Shown: positions 41,502 through 51,125 of the stretch, in pieces | Layout: the number at the start of each line of letters is the position of its first letter | How positions within the stretch are numbered: position 1 is the first letter of the stretch | Source: Escherichia phage JEP8 | Sequence record: MT764208.1 | Strand: one strand, 5' to 3' | Length of the DNA stretch: 64,000 bases | The notes under the pieces: generated by a model | Databases searched by the model: none | Told to the model about the DNA's origin: nothing | What the model saw: the letters and a program-made list of their open reading frames with translations, nothing else | Position numbers and translations under genes: made by a program

Positions 41502-41774
41502 TCACCAATCAAGAGCGCGTGTCTCTGCGTCTTCCCATGCTTGATCCATAACAGCCTTGAAAACATATTCTAGAGTATCATCTTTAGAGAATCCGAAGAC
41601 TTTAGACGGAATATCTTCGATTGCTACTCCCGCAACTTCTGCATTACGCGCTTGGCAATAATGCAACTCTAAGTTATCGAGATAGCGACCGCCTAATTTC
41701 TCCATATCATCCCAGCATTTCCAGTAACCTACTTTATCTGCAATTGCCAACACTTTGCTGTTTTCGTTGCACAT
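41502..41774 (-). CDS. hypothetical 90-aa protein
   Basis: trimmed to ATG downstream of promoter 41806-41834; length equals T4 AsiA but no sequence resemblance seen. Confidence 0.45.
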   Translation of the reverse strand: MCNENSKVLAIADKVGYWKCWDDMEKLGGRYLDNLELHYCQARNAEVAGVAIEDIPSKVFGFSKDDTLEYVFKAVMDQAWEDAETRALDW

Positions 41775-41805
41775 CTTTGATTCTCCTTTTGTTTGGTATG
41801 TGTGT

Positions 41806-41834
41806 ATTATGCAATGTTGGATTCTGTAAGTCAA
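41806..41834 (-). promoter_or_regulatory. early promoter TTGACT-N17-CATAAT
   Basis: drives 41502..41774. Confidence 0.5.
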
Positions 41835-41845
41835 CAACTTTTTAA

Positions 41846-41875
41846 AATAAAAAAGCCGACCACAAGGATCGGCTT
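41846..41875 (-). terminator. intrinsic terminator after 41885..42280
   Basis: hairpin AGCCGATCC-TTGTGG-TCGGCT followed by T5ATTTT. Confidence 0.6.
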
Positions 41876-41884
41876 AATAATCAG

Positions 41885-42280
41885 TTACTTACTAAATTTC
41901 TTTTTGGCTTCGTCTACCGCATGAGATGCCAGTACCGCAGCCGCATGTGCACTTTTATCTGTGTTGCAGAGAACGCCCAGATAAACATCACGCCAAAGTT
42001 TAATCATCTCGTAGATCATATCAATATCATTTTCTTGTTTGTTGGCGATGCTATTCGTCGTTATCTGGTAAGGTAACGGCTTGATCTGTACTGGTTCCGC
42101 CATCGGGCTAATCGGCTTCGGATCAGTCATAATAGGTGCTGTTGTGGGTGGTGTTTTCCATACGCCATTATTCCACGGTTTAATCGTTGTATCGTAAAGT
42201 TTATAAGGATTTTTGTCTGGGTCAACCATCCAGGCATGATGAGTACCCAAACCATTTGAAGTAATGCGTCGTTCAGTCAT
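41885..42280 (-). CDS. hypothetical protein (131 aa)
   Basis: ORF followed by terminator hairpin 41854-41874. Confidence 0.45.
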   Translation of the reverse strand: MTERRITSNGLGTHHAWMVDPDKNPYKLYDTTIKPWNNGVWKTPPTTAPIMTDPKPISPMAEPVQIKPLPYQITTNSIANKQENDIDMIYEMIKLWRDVYLGVLCNTDKSAHAAAVLASHAVDEAKKKFSK

Positions 42281-42482
42281 ACTTTCCCTCCAAAAATTCT
42301 TTCATCAAATAGTCTATCGTTGCTCTGTGTTCTGGTGTGTTTGTGATCTCTGCTAACTTATTCAGAGATTCAATAGTGATCCGGTTGGCTTCTTCCATAG
42401 TCTCAACGACCATTGGCGCAATCTTTTTATTGTTGTACACGAAAGCCACATAACCGCCTTCTGGATATTCTTTCATAATCAA
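42273..42482 (-). CDS. hypothetical protein (69 aa)
   Basis: ORF immediately downstream of gene 52. Confidence 0.45.
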   Translation of the reverse strand: MIMKEYPEGGYVAFVYNNKKIAPMVVETMEEANRITIESLNKLAEITNTPEHRATIDYLMKEFLEGKYD

Positions 42483-43843
42483 CCCTTCTTAAGTTCTTTA
42501 AGATCTTTCTTATATTCCTTCATTGCGGTCGTCTTTGTCCAATACTCATATTCACTATGATGTTTATCGGCATCTTTGACCAGTCGACCATACTCTTCTT
42601 GAGTAACGCTATACAATGGCATAGAAACTAGCTTATCGGCGTATGGACGCAGTTTTTCATGTCCATTGATGGATTGCATTACCTCGGCCTTTTTCTTGCC
42701 CTGTAGCTCGATTTCGCCCTTAATTACGCGATCGATAAATTCGGCTTTAGCCATTGCATAATTGTATGCTTCCAGTGTTTCCGCTTGCATCAATTCAATG
42801 CGTTTATCTACATAGCCTAATCGGATTTCGACGAATCGACGGATCAGATCGCTCGCTTTTTCGAATACTTCTACTAAACCACGTTCGTTAACTACTACGA
42901 TATTCTGGGCTACTAACTGCGTTAGTTTAAAATCCTTCATGATTTGCTCATGTCGAGCGGATTCATCTTCGCTTTTGAAATAATCGCGTTTCAGTGTTAC
43001 TTCAAATCTGAATCCGTCCTTAGAGCAACGGTCATTATACGATACAATCAGATCTTTTTCTTCCAGTGCATCCAGTACCGCTACATATTCTTCACGGTCG
43101 AACTTATAAGGAACTTCTGATATTGTCAGTTTAGTCTTGCCGTTTAGTTCATATGTACCCTCAAGAATCACACCATCGCGATCATCTCGCGGGATAACTT
43201 TACCCTTGAATTTCGGGAATTGAACACTAGGTTCTTTATCCAGTTTTCCGGCAAGTGCTAGCTCTGTGCATTCAATAAGGCTTTCCAGTGAATGCGGTAA
43301 AATGTCAGTTTTATACCCTGTAGCAATACCACTAATACCATTAGCTAGTACCATTGGCACAACTGGCAAGTAGAACGCTGGCGGGATGTGTTCCAGATCT
43401 TCGTGCTTAGGTGCGCAATTCATATCTTTATAGATTTTAAAGAAGTTTTCATGCACACGAGCAAAGATATAACGTGCCGCACCTGCTTTCTGGACTAAAC
43501 GCGATCCGAAGTTACCTTGACCGTCAAGCAGTGGAGTATTATTGCTCCATGTATTCGCCATGAGTGATCCGGCTTCTACGGCATTAGTTTCCCCGTGGTG
43601 ATAACCCAACTCAGCAACACCAGATCCAATATCTGCCATCTTACGGAATTTCTTACGGTCGCCTTTACTCTTTTGAAGTGCGCACTCCATAACAAAGCGT
43701 TGCACTGGTTTAAGCCCATCCACTAATTGAGGAATCCCGCGTTCCTCGGCAGAATAGATCGCATATTCCTTAGCTTCATTATGTACAATGCTTTCAAGGC
43801 TGCGGTAAGTAAATGTGTTTACAATTTGACTAATTTTATCCAT
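42479..43843 (-). CDS. 52: DNA topoisomerase II medium subunit (T4 gp52 homolog, GyrA-like)
   Basis: DGLKPVQRFV, GYHHGE, LLDGQGNFGSR, ARYIFARV blocks as in T4 gp52; track GTG start trimmed to ATG 43843 after GAGGTGA. Confidence 0.9.
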   Translation of the reverse strand: MDKISQIVNTFTYRSLESIVHNEAKEYAIYSAEERGIPQLVDGLKPVQRFVMECALQKSKGDRKKFRKMADIGSGVAELGYHHGETNAVEAGSLMANTWSNNTPLLDGQGNFGSRLVQKAGAARYIFARVHENFFKIYKDMNCAPKHEDLEHIPPAFYLPVVPMVLANGISGIATGYKTDILPHSLESLIECTELALAGKLDKEPSVQFPKFKGKVIPRDDRDGVILEGTYELNGKTKLTISEVPYKFDREEYVAVLDALEEKDLIVSYNDRCSKDGFRFEVTLKRDYFKSEDESARHEQIMKDFKLTQLVAQNIVVVNERGLVEVFEKASDLIRRFVEIRLGYVDKRIELMQAETLEAYNYAMAKAEFIDRVIKGEIELQGKKKAEVMQSINGHEKLRPYADKLVSMPLYSVTQEEYGRLVKDADKHHSEYEYWTKTTAMKEYKKDLKELKKG

Positions 43844-43850
43844 CTTCACC

Positions 43851-44213
43851 TCATACACGCTTACAAATCACATTCTTTACTTTATCAGATTTATCAGCCC
43901 AATCCAATAGCCATTTTAACGGAAGGATTGAAACAATAAACGGGGCAGCAATCAAAGCAAACATGATACACCTGATAATCAGGAAAACGCAAGTGACAAA
44001 ACTAGCGATAGTGATCCCGACAAAACAAAATACCATAGAAAACAGAGTAATGATATAGAAAGGCCAGAATACCCACTCCCGCATCTTAACTCCTTTGTAT
44101 TCTCTGAATTGCTTAAAATCTACAAACAACTCTCGGATAGACGCGTACAGGACCGAAAAATCATCTTTCATTGCTCTGAATGAGCAATCTTCTATTTTAG
44201 AATGACCTAGCAT
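43851..44213 (-). CDS. hypothetical membrane protein (120 aa)
   Basis: two or three predicted TM segments. Confidence 0.45.
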   Translation of the reverse strand: MLGHSKIEDCSFRAMKDDFSVLYASIRELFVDFKQFREYKGVKMREWVFWPFYIITLFSMVFCFVGITIASFVTCVFLIIRCIMFALIAAPFIVSILPLKWLLDWADKSDKVKNVICKRV

Positions 44214-44215
44214 TA

Positions 44216-44509
44216 TTAACCGCCTTTAACCATTGATACAGGAATTGTTTTCTGATTTGTGTATAATTGGCCTACTTCAATTTTTTCTTGAATCACCACG
44301 ACGTTACAATATCCACTGTCTTTAAGTTTTCTGATAATGACTCGCTTTTGTTCGTCGGTGATAGGATTGACTGTTCTCACCAATTCACCGCAAATAATAG
44401 CACCATCTTTACAATTGCCAGTAACTTTCATGCTACGACCGTGAACAACAACCACATCACCGTAAATCACATTTTCGTCGTCGTATTTGGTAATAACCGT
44501 GACTGTCAT
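44216..44509 (-). CDS. hypothetical protein (97 aa)
   Basis: ORF between rIIB and gene 52. Confidence 0.45.
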   Translation of the reverse strand: MTVTVITKYDDENVIYGDVVVVHGRSMKVTGNCKDGAIICGELVRTVNPITDEQKRVIIRKLKDSGYCNVVVIQEKIEVGQLYTNQKTIPVSMVKGG

Positions 44510-44554
44510 AATGTATTCCCTCTAAGAAAGGCCGCTTTGCGCGGCCTATGTTGA

Positions 44555-44881
44555 TTATTGTTCTACAGTATAACCGTTGTTTTCAAGCCATGCAATAACA
44601 ATCTTTTCGCCAATTTCATCGAGCATTTCATCAGCGCCGTATTCTTTAATGAAAGTCGATGGATCATTATTGCTTACTACGTGCTGGATCACAACATGTT
44701 CAGGAATTGCGTCTAGCAGTTCGCTATGATCATACTCATTAACGATATCTTCAACACTAACATTATTAACCAAATCAACATCATCCATAGTCACAGTAAC
44801 GCGACCGGACGGACGCAATGAATATTGGCTACTTTCAACTTCAACATGTGCACTTTCGCAAGTAACTTTCATATCAATCAT
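44555..44881 (-). CDS. hypothetical acidic protein (108 aa)
   Basis: ORF immediately downstream of rIIB; not similar to T4 DenB. Confidence 0.45.
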   Translation of the reverse strand: MIDMKVTCESAHVEVESSQYSLRPSGRVTVTMDDVDLVNNVSVEDIVNEYDHSELLDAIPEHVVIQHVVSNNDPSTFIKEYGADEMLDEIGEKIVIAWLENNGYTVEQ

Positions 44882-44895
44882 AATTAATTCCTCTG

Positions 44896-45897
44896 TTAGT
44901 AATGGCTAAACCCTTCGGTCACATCTTCAACCACATAGTAACGATGACAGCGCATTTTGGCATTCGCATAATCTTTCGGGATACTTACAACGTGACGCGG
45001 ATCAACTTTACATTTAATGATTCGGCCTCGTCCACCGCCATAGTGCGGAATATAGTGTTTCGCTGCAACGTGGAGGCCATTAGAGCAAGTGCGATCATCA
45101 TCCGGGTCCACGTCTTTACGCTTCATTTTAACCGTGCGACCTGGGCTATTATCAAACGTATGCGTAAAGAAATCTTTATAATCAACATCAACACGTTTCC
45201 ATGCATAGAAACAACCATCTTCCACGATCTCAATGTCGTTGTGCTCTAAGAAGTCAAACAGACGATCTACGGCCTTACGGCTAGGGTTTTTCTTGCACTT
45301 CTCAAAGAAGTTCAGATAGTGCGTATATGGCTTATTCTCTTTAATCGACTCCACAACTCGACGAGTCAGATTATTATCAAGAACAATATTATGATAATAC
45401 ACAATACCATTTTCGATACGGAAAGCGCCGTGATAATATACTTCAACCGCTTTCTTAATGTCAATCAGCGTAATAGCTTTGATGAAATCATTATGTTTAA
45501 TCGCTTCCAGTGCTTCATTAAAGTTAACATGCGACGGATCAGCAGTATAAACAATGTCACCACATGTAATAGTAATAAACTTAGTTGAGGCTATTGCTAC
45601 GATTTTTGAGGAAGTAGTCACGGGCTTTTTTGCGCGTTCACCGCCTTTTCCTTTACTGGTTTTACGGCGTGCTTTACGTTTTTCTAGTGCCTTGCGACCT
45701 TCCGCTACTGCGTCTTTCTGAATCAGTAATACACGGGAGGCAGTACGACGAGATACCCCAAATGCTGCCGCAAGTGCTTCGCGGGTAGTAAACTTACCTT
45801 CGCCCCACTGTTTAGCCAGTTTGATTTGTTTTTCAGAATCCAGGCATTGAACGTTACGGTCAGAGACGGTGATTTTTGCTTTAGTCATAGTATTCAT
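44896..45897 (-). CDS. rIIB: rIIB protein
   Basis: KAVDRLFDFL...DIEI.EDG.FYAWK, TFDNSPG..VKM, HPR.VVSIP.DY..AKMR...Y.VVEDVTE match T4 rIIB. Confidence 0.92.
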   Translation of the reverse strand: MNTMTKAKITVSDRNVQCLDSEKQIKLAKQWGEGKFTTREALAAAFGVSRRTASRVLLIQKDAVAEGRKALEKRKARRKTSKGKGGERAKKPVTTSSKIVAIASTKFITITCGDIVYTADPSHVNFNEALEAIKHNDFIKAITLIDIKKAVEVYYHGAFRIENGIVYYHNIVLDNNLTRRVVESIKENKPYTHYLNFFEKCKKNPSRKAVDRLFDFLEHNDIEIVEDGCFYAWKRVDVDYKDFFTHTFDNSPGRTVKMKRKDVDPDDDRTCSNGLHVAAKHYIPHYGGGRGRIIKCKVDPRHVVSIPKDYANAKMRCHRYYVVEDVTEGFSHY

Positions 45898-45949
45898 TCC
45901 TCTATTAGTTGGGCGACTATCGCCGCCCGATTCACATCATTATACCAGA

Positions 45950-46081
45950 ATTATTTTGCTTCTACAACCTTGCGGATTGTGCGGTCTGATACATTATAGA
46001 TTCGTGCCAGTTCGCCTTTAGTCAAGCCGCGAGCGTATTGTTTACGGATGGTTTCTTTCTGGATAGCGGTCAGTTTAGTCA
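45950..46081 (-). CDS. 43-aa helix-turn-helix micro-protein (MTKLTAIQKETIRKQYARGLTKGELARIYNVSDRTIRKVVEAK)
   Basis: hand-translated; GAGGTGA RBS 5 nt upstream; resembles the N-terminal HTH of rIIB. Confidence 0.5.
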
Positions 46082-46093
46082 TAATATCACCTC

Positions 46094-48202
46094 TTAAAAT
46101 TTAACATTCTTAACCAGTTTCATAAAGTCTTGTGCGCGTTTGTCGTTATGCAGAATACGATACCAGTTATCTACAATATCATACAGTAACGGGCTATTCT
46201 CTTTAAACTTCGCACAAACTGCTTTAATTCGTTCGTTTGCTGCCGTGAATTTTTCATCACAGATCTTTTTAGTTTCTTCGTCCATAATCCAACGAGTAAT
46301 AAGGAGTAACTTGGAAACCTCTTTATTATAATGACGACCGTACAGTCTGTCAATAAATTCTGGAATACAGCGTTCTAATTCATCGTCATGAAACAACATA
46401 GTGATCACACCCAGATATTCGCCATACCCCAGATGATTGGTCTTAACCTTCTTAGCCAGACCAGCCAGCTTACCGCGAACAAATTCTAGCGCACATTCCA
46501 ATTGTTCGTCAACGAGATATTTTTGTGTCTCGTTACGGGTAATAATATACTTTGTTACCCCGAAGTAGTCAAGCGCCGTGTGTAATGTATTTTCATTATA
46601 GATCGATTGACGGCTACGGCTTTCGAATGCATCACCCACGCGGAACATGTGCAAGCCTGATAACTCGCGAATCTCTGCCGCTTTCATGTGATGGCTGGTT
46701 TTATGCCAACTGTCACCAATCTTTTCCATGATATACACGTTAGGCAGCTTGGGAGTAGCTTCACGTTGTGTACGCTCGGTCTTCTCCGGCTTAACTGCTT
46801 TAGCACGCAGATCATCGGCCTCTGATACCTTAATCACGGTCATTTCAGAATCATCATAATACTGTTTGATGTACTCGAAAGTCTCCATATGTTTTTCGTT
46901 GCGCTGACGGAACACAAGTACCTTTTTATTGATGCCGTATTCCTGGACCATGCCGTTAAGAGTCAGTGCACGCAGTTTCGGTTTATCGGTATCATCAATA
47001 AGACACGTAATATCTTCTTTATGCATCCATACAAAATGCGTAATGTTGTATTGACTGCTAACGAAAGCAGGGCGCAATTTACTGATTGTGTGACGAGTAC
47101 GATACAGAGTATACACCTGACCTTCTACGTCGTTAGGCGAATCTTTACCCGCATTCACAAACTTATTATAGATTGCTACCGGATCATCCCACTTCCCGAT
47201 CTTACCCATCTTGCTAATAATATTGCGTTGAGTCGATGAATACTCGCTCATAAATTGCGCAAGTTTACGCTCTGTTTTAATGTTGGCGATCTTTTCTTTA
47301 ACCTTTTCCAACATCATTTCATTGATTTCTGCAATACGTTTTTCGATGTTTGCTTTAGTCTCAATTGACAAGTGAACTTCTTCACGCGATGGCATCAGGT
47401 CCAGATCACCCAACTCAAAATTAATGTAAATGGTCTGGTGCTGGCGGTTTACAGCTTCTAACCATGTTCCGCGAACATATTCATACGGGATCGGATACTG
47501 AATCTTACCCATGATTGCATATACTACATAGGAATCGTTATCACGCCCATTGCAAACATAATAATTATCAAAGCTAGGGAAATAATTAATTTCGATTGCA
47601 TTGATATTAGGTTTGTGTTCCCCAAAATGACGCAGTACAAATTGCGCTTCTCGATGCCATGTCTGAATATCTTTTTCTTTCACCGGAATAGTGATTTTCA
47701 GACCATTGTCTTCATAGGTCGGTTCGTCGAAAATCTGCACCATTTTCGGCATAGAGTTTTGCACAAATGCCGTAAAGCCATAAGCGCGACCATTGTAATA
47801 GTTTACGATTGTAAAGGTGTCAGTGTAGCTATAAGCAGATTTCGCACCTAAACCAAAAGATCCGATATAATCATTAGTTTGGTCTTTTGTTGATTCAAAG
47901 TAAACCGTAAACAGTTGTTCTAATTCTTTCTTAGACGGAATACCCGTACCATAATCACGCACAGAGAAATAAGGTTCAATTGCGGTAGGCAAATGAATAT
48001 CAAACGGACGATCTAAGGTTCCGGCTTCTTTGTGAGTGTCGGTAGCATTGCACGAATACTCACGGACGCAAGCACGTTCACAATATTGATAAGTGTTCTT
48101 AGAAAGCACCATAAAAGCCTTGCTACTTGCTTTCAGTGAAAAATCAACCGCACCGCTCAAGTCACTGCCAAATACTTCTTCATTATCAATATGCATTTTC
48201 AT
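46094..48202 (-). CDS. rIIA: rIIA protein
   Basis: 702 aa (T4 rIIA 725); N-terminal GHKL-ATPase-like motifs (DYGTGIP, GSFGLGAKSAY); upstream of rIIB. Confidence 0.9.
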   Translation of the reverse strand: MKMHIDNEEVFGSDLSGAVDFSLKASSKAFMVLSKNTYQYCERACVREYSCNATDTHKEAGTLDRPFDIHLPTAIEPYFSVRDYGTGIPSKKELEQLFTVYFESTKDQTNDYIGSFGLGAKSAYSYTDTFTIVNYYNGRAYGFTAFVQNSMPKMVQIFDEPTYEDNGLKITIPVKEKDIQTWHREAQFVLRHFGEHKPNINAIEINYFPSFDNYYVCNGRDNDSYVVYAIMGKIQYPIPYEYVRGTWLEAVNRQHQTIYINFELGDLDLMPSREEVHLSIETKANIEKRIAEINEMMLEKVKEKIANIKTERKLAQFMSEYSSTQRNIISKMGKIGKWDDPVAIYNKFVNAGKDSPNDVEGQVYTLYRTRHTISKLRPAFVSSQYNITHFVWMHKEDITCLIDDTDKPKLRALTLNGMVQEYGINKKVLVFRQRNEKHMETFEYIKQYYDDSEMTVIKVSEADDLRAKAVKPEKTERTQREATPKLPNVYIMEKIGDSWHKTSHHMKAAEIRELSGLHMFRVGDAFESRSRQSIYNENTLHTALDYFGVTKYIITRNETQKYLVDEQLECALEFVRGKLAGLAKKVKTNHLGYGEYLGVITMLFHDDELERCIPEFIDRLYGRHYNKEVSKLLLITRWIMDEETKKICDEKFTAANERIKAVCAKFKENSPLLYDIVDNWYRILHNDKRAQDFMKLVKNVKF

Positions 48203-48216
48203 AATATAATCCTCAC

Positions 48217-48474
48217 TTAATTAAAATCTTCTTTGTCCATCTCTGCGTAGATTACATCCCACGCCCATAAATCAATAAACGCATTATATGTCACGGTGCA
48301 ATCGTTGTCAATCACTTCTTTCGCATATTTCTTGATGTTTTCGTAGGCAACTTGCGGATCAATTTTGTGTTTACGAAGGTGTGCATATTCATACCTCAAA
48401 CATTTCATAAACAGGTCCATCGATTTCTTTTCTCGATGACACTTGGCGATCAGAAAATCAAAACTTCGACTCAT
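48217..48474 (-). CDS. hypothetical protein (85 aa)
   Basis: ORF directly upstream of rIIA. Confidence 0.45.
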   Translation of the reverse strand: MSRSFDFLIAKCHREKKSMDLFMKCLRYEYAHLRKHKIDPQVAYENIKKYAKEVIDNDCTVTYNAFIDLWAWDVIYAEMDKEDFN

Positions 48475-48484
48475 TTTCTACTCC

Positions 48485-48679
48485 TTATACATTTTCAATC
48501 ACCCATTGCAGATGGGCTTCTGCGTCAACCAATTCAGCGCGGCTTTTCTCTAAGCACTTGCTGTATTCTTTACGTTCCCAATCAGCAATTTCGTTTTTCA
48601 GGACTTCTTCATAGTAAGCAATTACGCCTTTCAGGTCTGAAACTTTACGGCTTGCCAATTCGATGTAATGGTTACGCAT
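48485..48679 (-). CDS. hypothetical protein (64 aa)
   Basis: ORF with conserved RBS. Confidence 0.45.
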   Translation of the reverse strand: MRNHYIELASRKVSDLKGVIAYYEEVLKNEIADWERKEYSKCLEKSRAELVDAEAHLQWVIENV

Positions 48680-48870
48680 TTTGATTCTCCTTTGTTACTA
48701 GATAACGAATTTGGTCTTGCATTGCGATCAGTTCCCAGCGTGCTACTTTCATCATGGAAACCGACTCTTTGAACATAATATTAGCTTTTTCCTTATTCCC
48801 TGTCAAGTAGATTTCTGCAATTTTTCACAAAATTTTTGAGTTTCTTCATTCTTAAACGGTTTCATATAAG

Positions 48871-49230
48871 TCAACCTTTTGTTTTCGATGGGGATATTAT
48901 GATATATCCCCGATCCAGTGTCAACAGATTTTTAATCTTTTTCAATGCATCCATTACTCGCTCTGCGATCAGTTCTCGTAAGCACTGATAACCATGATAT
49001 TTGATGGCAATGTCACGCAGATCATTAACCAGTTCCCGTACTTCATGGTCTTTCAAATCGTCTCTGTATTTCGATTTAACCGTGTCTTTAGGTGGATTTC
49101 TGATAACCTGAAAACCTTGTTCTGCAATCACTGCGGCTTCGCGCTGGCGTTCATGCTGTACTGTATTTTTGATCAGGTCTGCTTCCATGAACTTTGCCAT
49201 ACTCATCATCATGTTATTCTTTTTGCTCAT
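48871..49230 (-). CDS. hypothetical protein (119 aa after trimming)
   Basis: trimmed to ATG 49230 downstream of promoter 49255-49282. Confidence 0.45.
   Translation of the reverse strand: MSKKNNMMMSMAKFMEADLIKNTVQHERQREAAVIAEQGFQVIRNPPKDTVKSKYRDDLKDHEVRELVNDLRDIAIKYHGYQCLRELIAERVMDALKKIKNLLTLDRGYIIISPSKTKG
48896..48924 (-). promoter_or_regulatory. early promoter TTGACA-N17-CATAAT with palindromic spacer
   Basis: spacer CTGGATCGGGGATATAT; upstream of 48485..48679. Confidence 0.5.
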
Positions 49231-49254
49231 TATTAAATCCTCATAAAAGAAAAG

Positions 49255-49282
49255 GGAGACTCCCATTATAGAGAATCTCCCT
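49255..49282 (-). promoter_or_regulatory. early promoter TTGACA-N16-TATAAT
   Basis: between gene 39 and 48871..49230. Confidence 0.55.
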
Positions 49283-49295
49283 TGTATGTCAAGTG

Positions 49296-51119
49296 TTATG
49301 ATTGCATCCACGCTTTTCTGCGATCGGAATCTTCACTATAGAGCAAATCGAATAGCTCTTTATAGTTTTCTGGTAACGTGATGACCTCCATTACAGGATC
49401 GTTGATCACGCGATGATAGTCTGATTCTGTGAGTGATGCCAACCCTTTGATATATCGAATGTTATAGCCTTTGATATTGTCTCGATCGTTCTCGAAATCT
49501 TCTAGGTCATAATACCATCGAACATCGTCACCTTTCTTTGGTTCCGCAATGATAATAGGCGTTTTGATAAACCGGATTCGTCCATCTTCGAACAATTCAG
49601 GCCAACGTGCAAAGAAAGAGATCAGACTAGGCTTAATAGACCCGGTCCCGTCAGTATCAGCGTCTGTCATAATCGCAATATTTTTGTATTGCATAACTTC
49701 CAACGCATCAACACCAAATTGCAAACCAGTGATCGCCATGATGTTAAAAATTTCGGCGTTCTTAACGATCTTTGCCTCCGGTTGTTCCCACGTTGTAAGA
49801 GTTTTGCCTCGCAACGGGAAACCTCCATGTAAATCTTGATCACGTACAGAGATCAGATAGTTGATCGCGGAATCACCTTCCGTCAAAAACAGGGTAGTTT
49901 CTGCGTCAGTTCCAATAAGGTTAGCTTTAACGTGTTTTGCCACCTTAGCCCGTTTCGCTGCCTTTGCTGCCTTAGTCGCTGCCGCTTTATCTGCTGCCTC
50001 TTTGCGTGCCAGGACTACAGCAATAATAGGCATGATAATGTTTTCTTTCTTAGCAATGACTTTAGCCAGCTTTTTAAAATCAAGATCAATATGACGCTTG
50101 ATATCACCAGTTGGATTAGTCAATCGTTCTTTTGTCTGTGAATCAAAACGAAGGTTAGGCAATTCACGAACAATAAGAATACAGGTCAATCCAGACTTAA
50201 CCGCAGCTTTAGTAACATCAACCTTATATTCTTTCTTGATTCGTTTTACAATCTCTTCACAAAGATCATCTGTCACATAATCAACGTGTGTTCCCCCGTT
50301 TTTGGTAAACAGACCATTAGCAAAGGATACTGATTTAAAACCTTCTCCCTCGACCGCAGGAACTAGGGCAAGTGAAAAGTTTTTATCTTCAATGACAAAC
50401 GGGTCATCATTGTATAGTTTAGCATAGTCCTTGAACTTGCTGGTTATCTTTTTGCCATTAAACTTAAACGTGATCTTAGGAAAGATTACACTTAAGGAAT
50501 ACATACGGTCACAAATCACATCTGAAATTTCTTGTGACATGATCATGCCTTCAAAATGATCGAAATCAGGGCAGAATGTAACCTTAGTCCCTTTCAGCTT
50601 TGATGGTTTAGATGACCAACTAATATTTTCAGCACCATTGGTGCATTGTACGGTCAATTCATTCTCACCATCGCATGTCACACCAGTAAACCACGATGAG
50701 AAAAATGATGTGAGCGCGCTTCCTATCCCATTCATCCCCATAGTGACACGATTTGTATCATCAAAGTTAGATCCTGCTTTAGCTCGTGTCCATGCAGCCA
50801 CTGGTTGGGGAATCTGTTTCCCTTCTGGTGTAGTGACTATATGTTGTGGAATGCCGCGACCGTTATCTGTTACCGACACAATGTTATCTTTGATATCTAC
50901 GCTAATAACATTAGCGTATTCAAAATTAGTGCGGATCGCTTCGTCTACCGAGTTGTCGATAATCTCATCAATAATTTTAACTAGACCGGGAACATATGAT
51001 ACTTTGGTCCATTTTCCAAAAAGGAAACGATTATGTGATTCATAAGTCGTTGACCCTATGTACATAGAAGGTCTTTTAAGACAGTGAGCGCGATCATCTA
51101 ACAGCAAAAATTCAGACAT
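49296..51119 (-). CDS. 39: DNA topoisomerase II large subunit, GyrB-like (T4 gp39 plus gp60 equivalent as one ORF)
   Basis: GHKL ATPase motifs (IIDNSVDEA, DNGRGIP), TOPRIM region; 607 aa continuous. Confidence 0.9.
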   Translation of the reverse strand: MSEFLLLDDRAHCLKRPSMYIGSTTYESHNRFLFGKWTKVSYVPGLVKIIDEIIDNSVDEAIRTNFEYANVISVDIKDNIVSVTDNGRGIPQHIVTTPEGKQIPQPVAAWTRAKAGSNFDDTNRVTMGMNGIGSALTSFFSSWFTGVTCDGENELTVQCTNGAENISWSSKPSKLKGTKVTFCPDFDHFEGMIMSQEISDVICDRMYSLSVIFPKITFKFNGKKITSKFKDYAKLYNDDPFVIEDKNFSLALVPAVEGEGFKSVSFANGLFTKNGGTHVDYVTDDLCEEIVKRIKKEYKVDVTKAAVKSGLTCILIVRELPNLRFDSQTKERLTNPTGDIKRHIDLDFKKLAKVIAKKENIIMPIIAVVLARKEAADKAAATKAAKAAKRAKVAKHVKANLIGTDAETTLFLTEGDSAINYLISVRDQDLHGGFPLRGKTLTTWEQPEAKIVKNAEIFNIMAITGLQFGVDALEVMQYKNIAIMTDADTDGTGSIKPSLISFFARWPELFEDGRIRFIKTPIIIAEPKKGDDVRWYYDLEDFENDRDNIKGYNIRYIKGLASLTESDYHRVINDPVMEVITLPENYKELFDLLYSEDSDRRKAWMQS

Positions 51120-51125
51120 ATTATA

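Noticed and set aside
44555-44881. denB (endonuclease IV) expected downstream of rIIB as in T4
   Set aside because: The ORF there is 108 aa, acidic, with no resemblance to DenB as recalled; left as hypothetical
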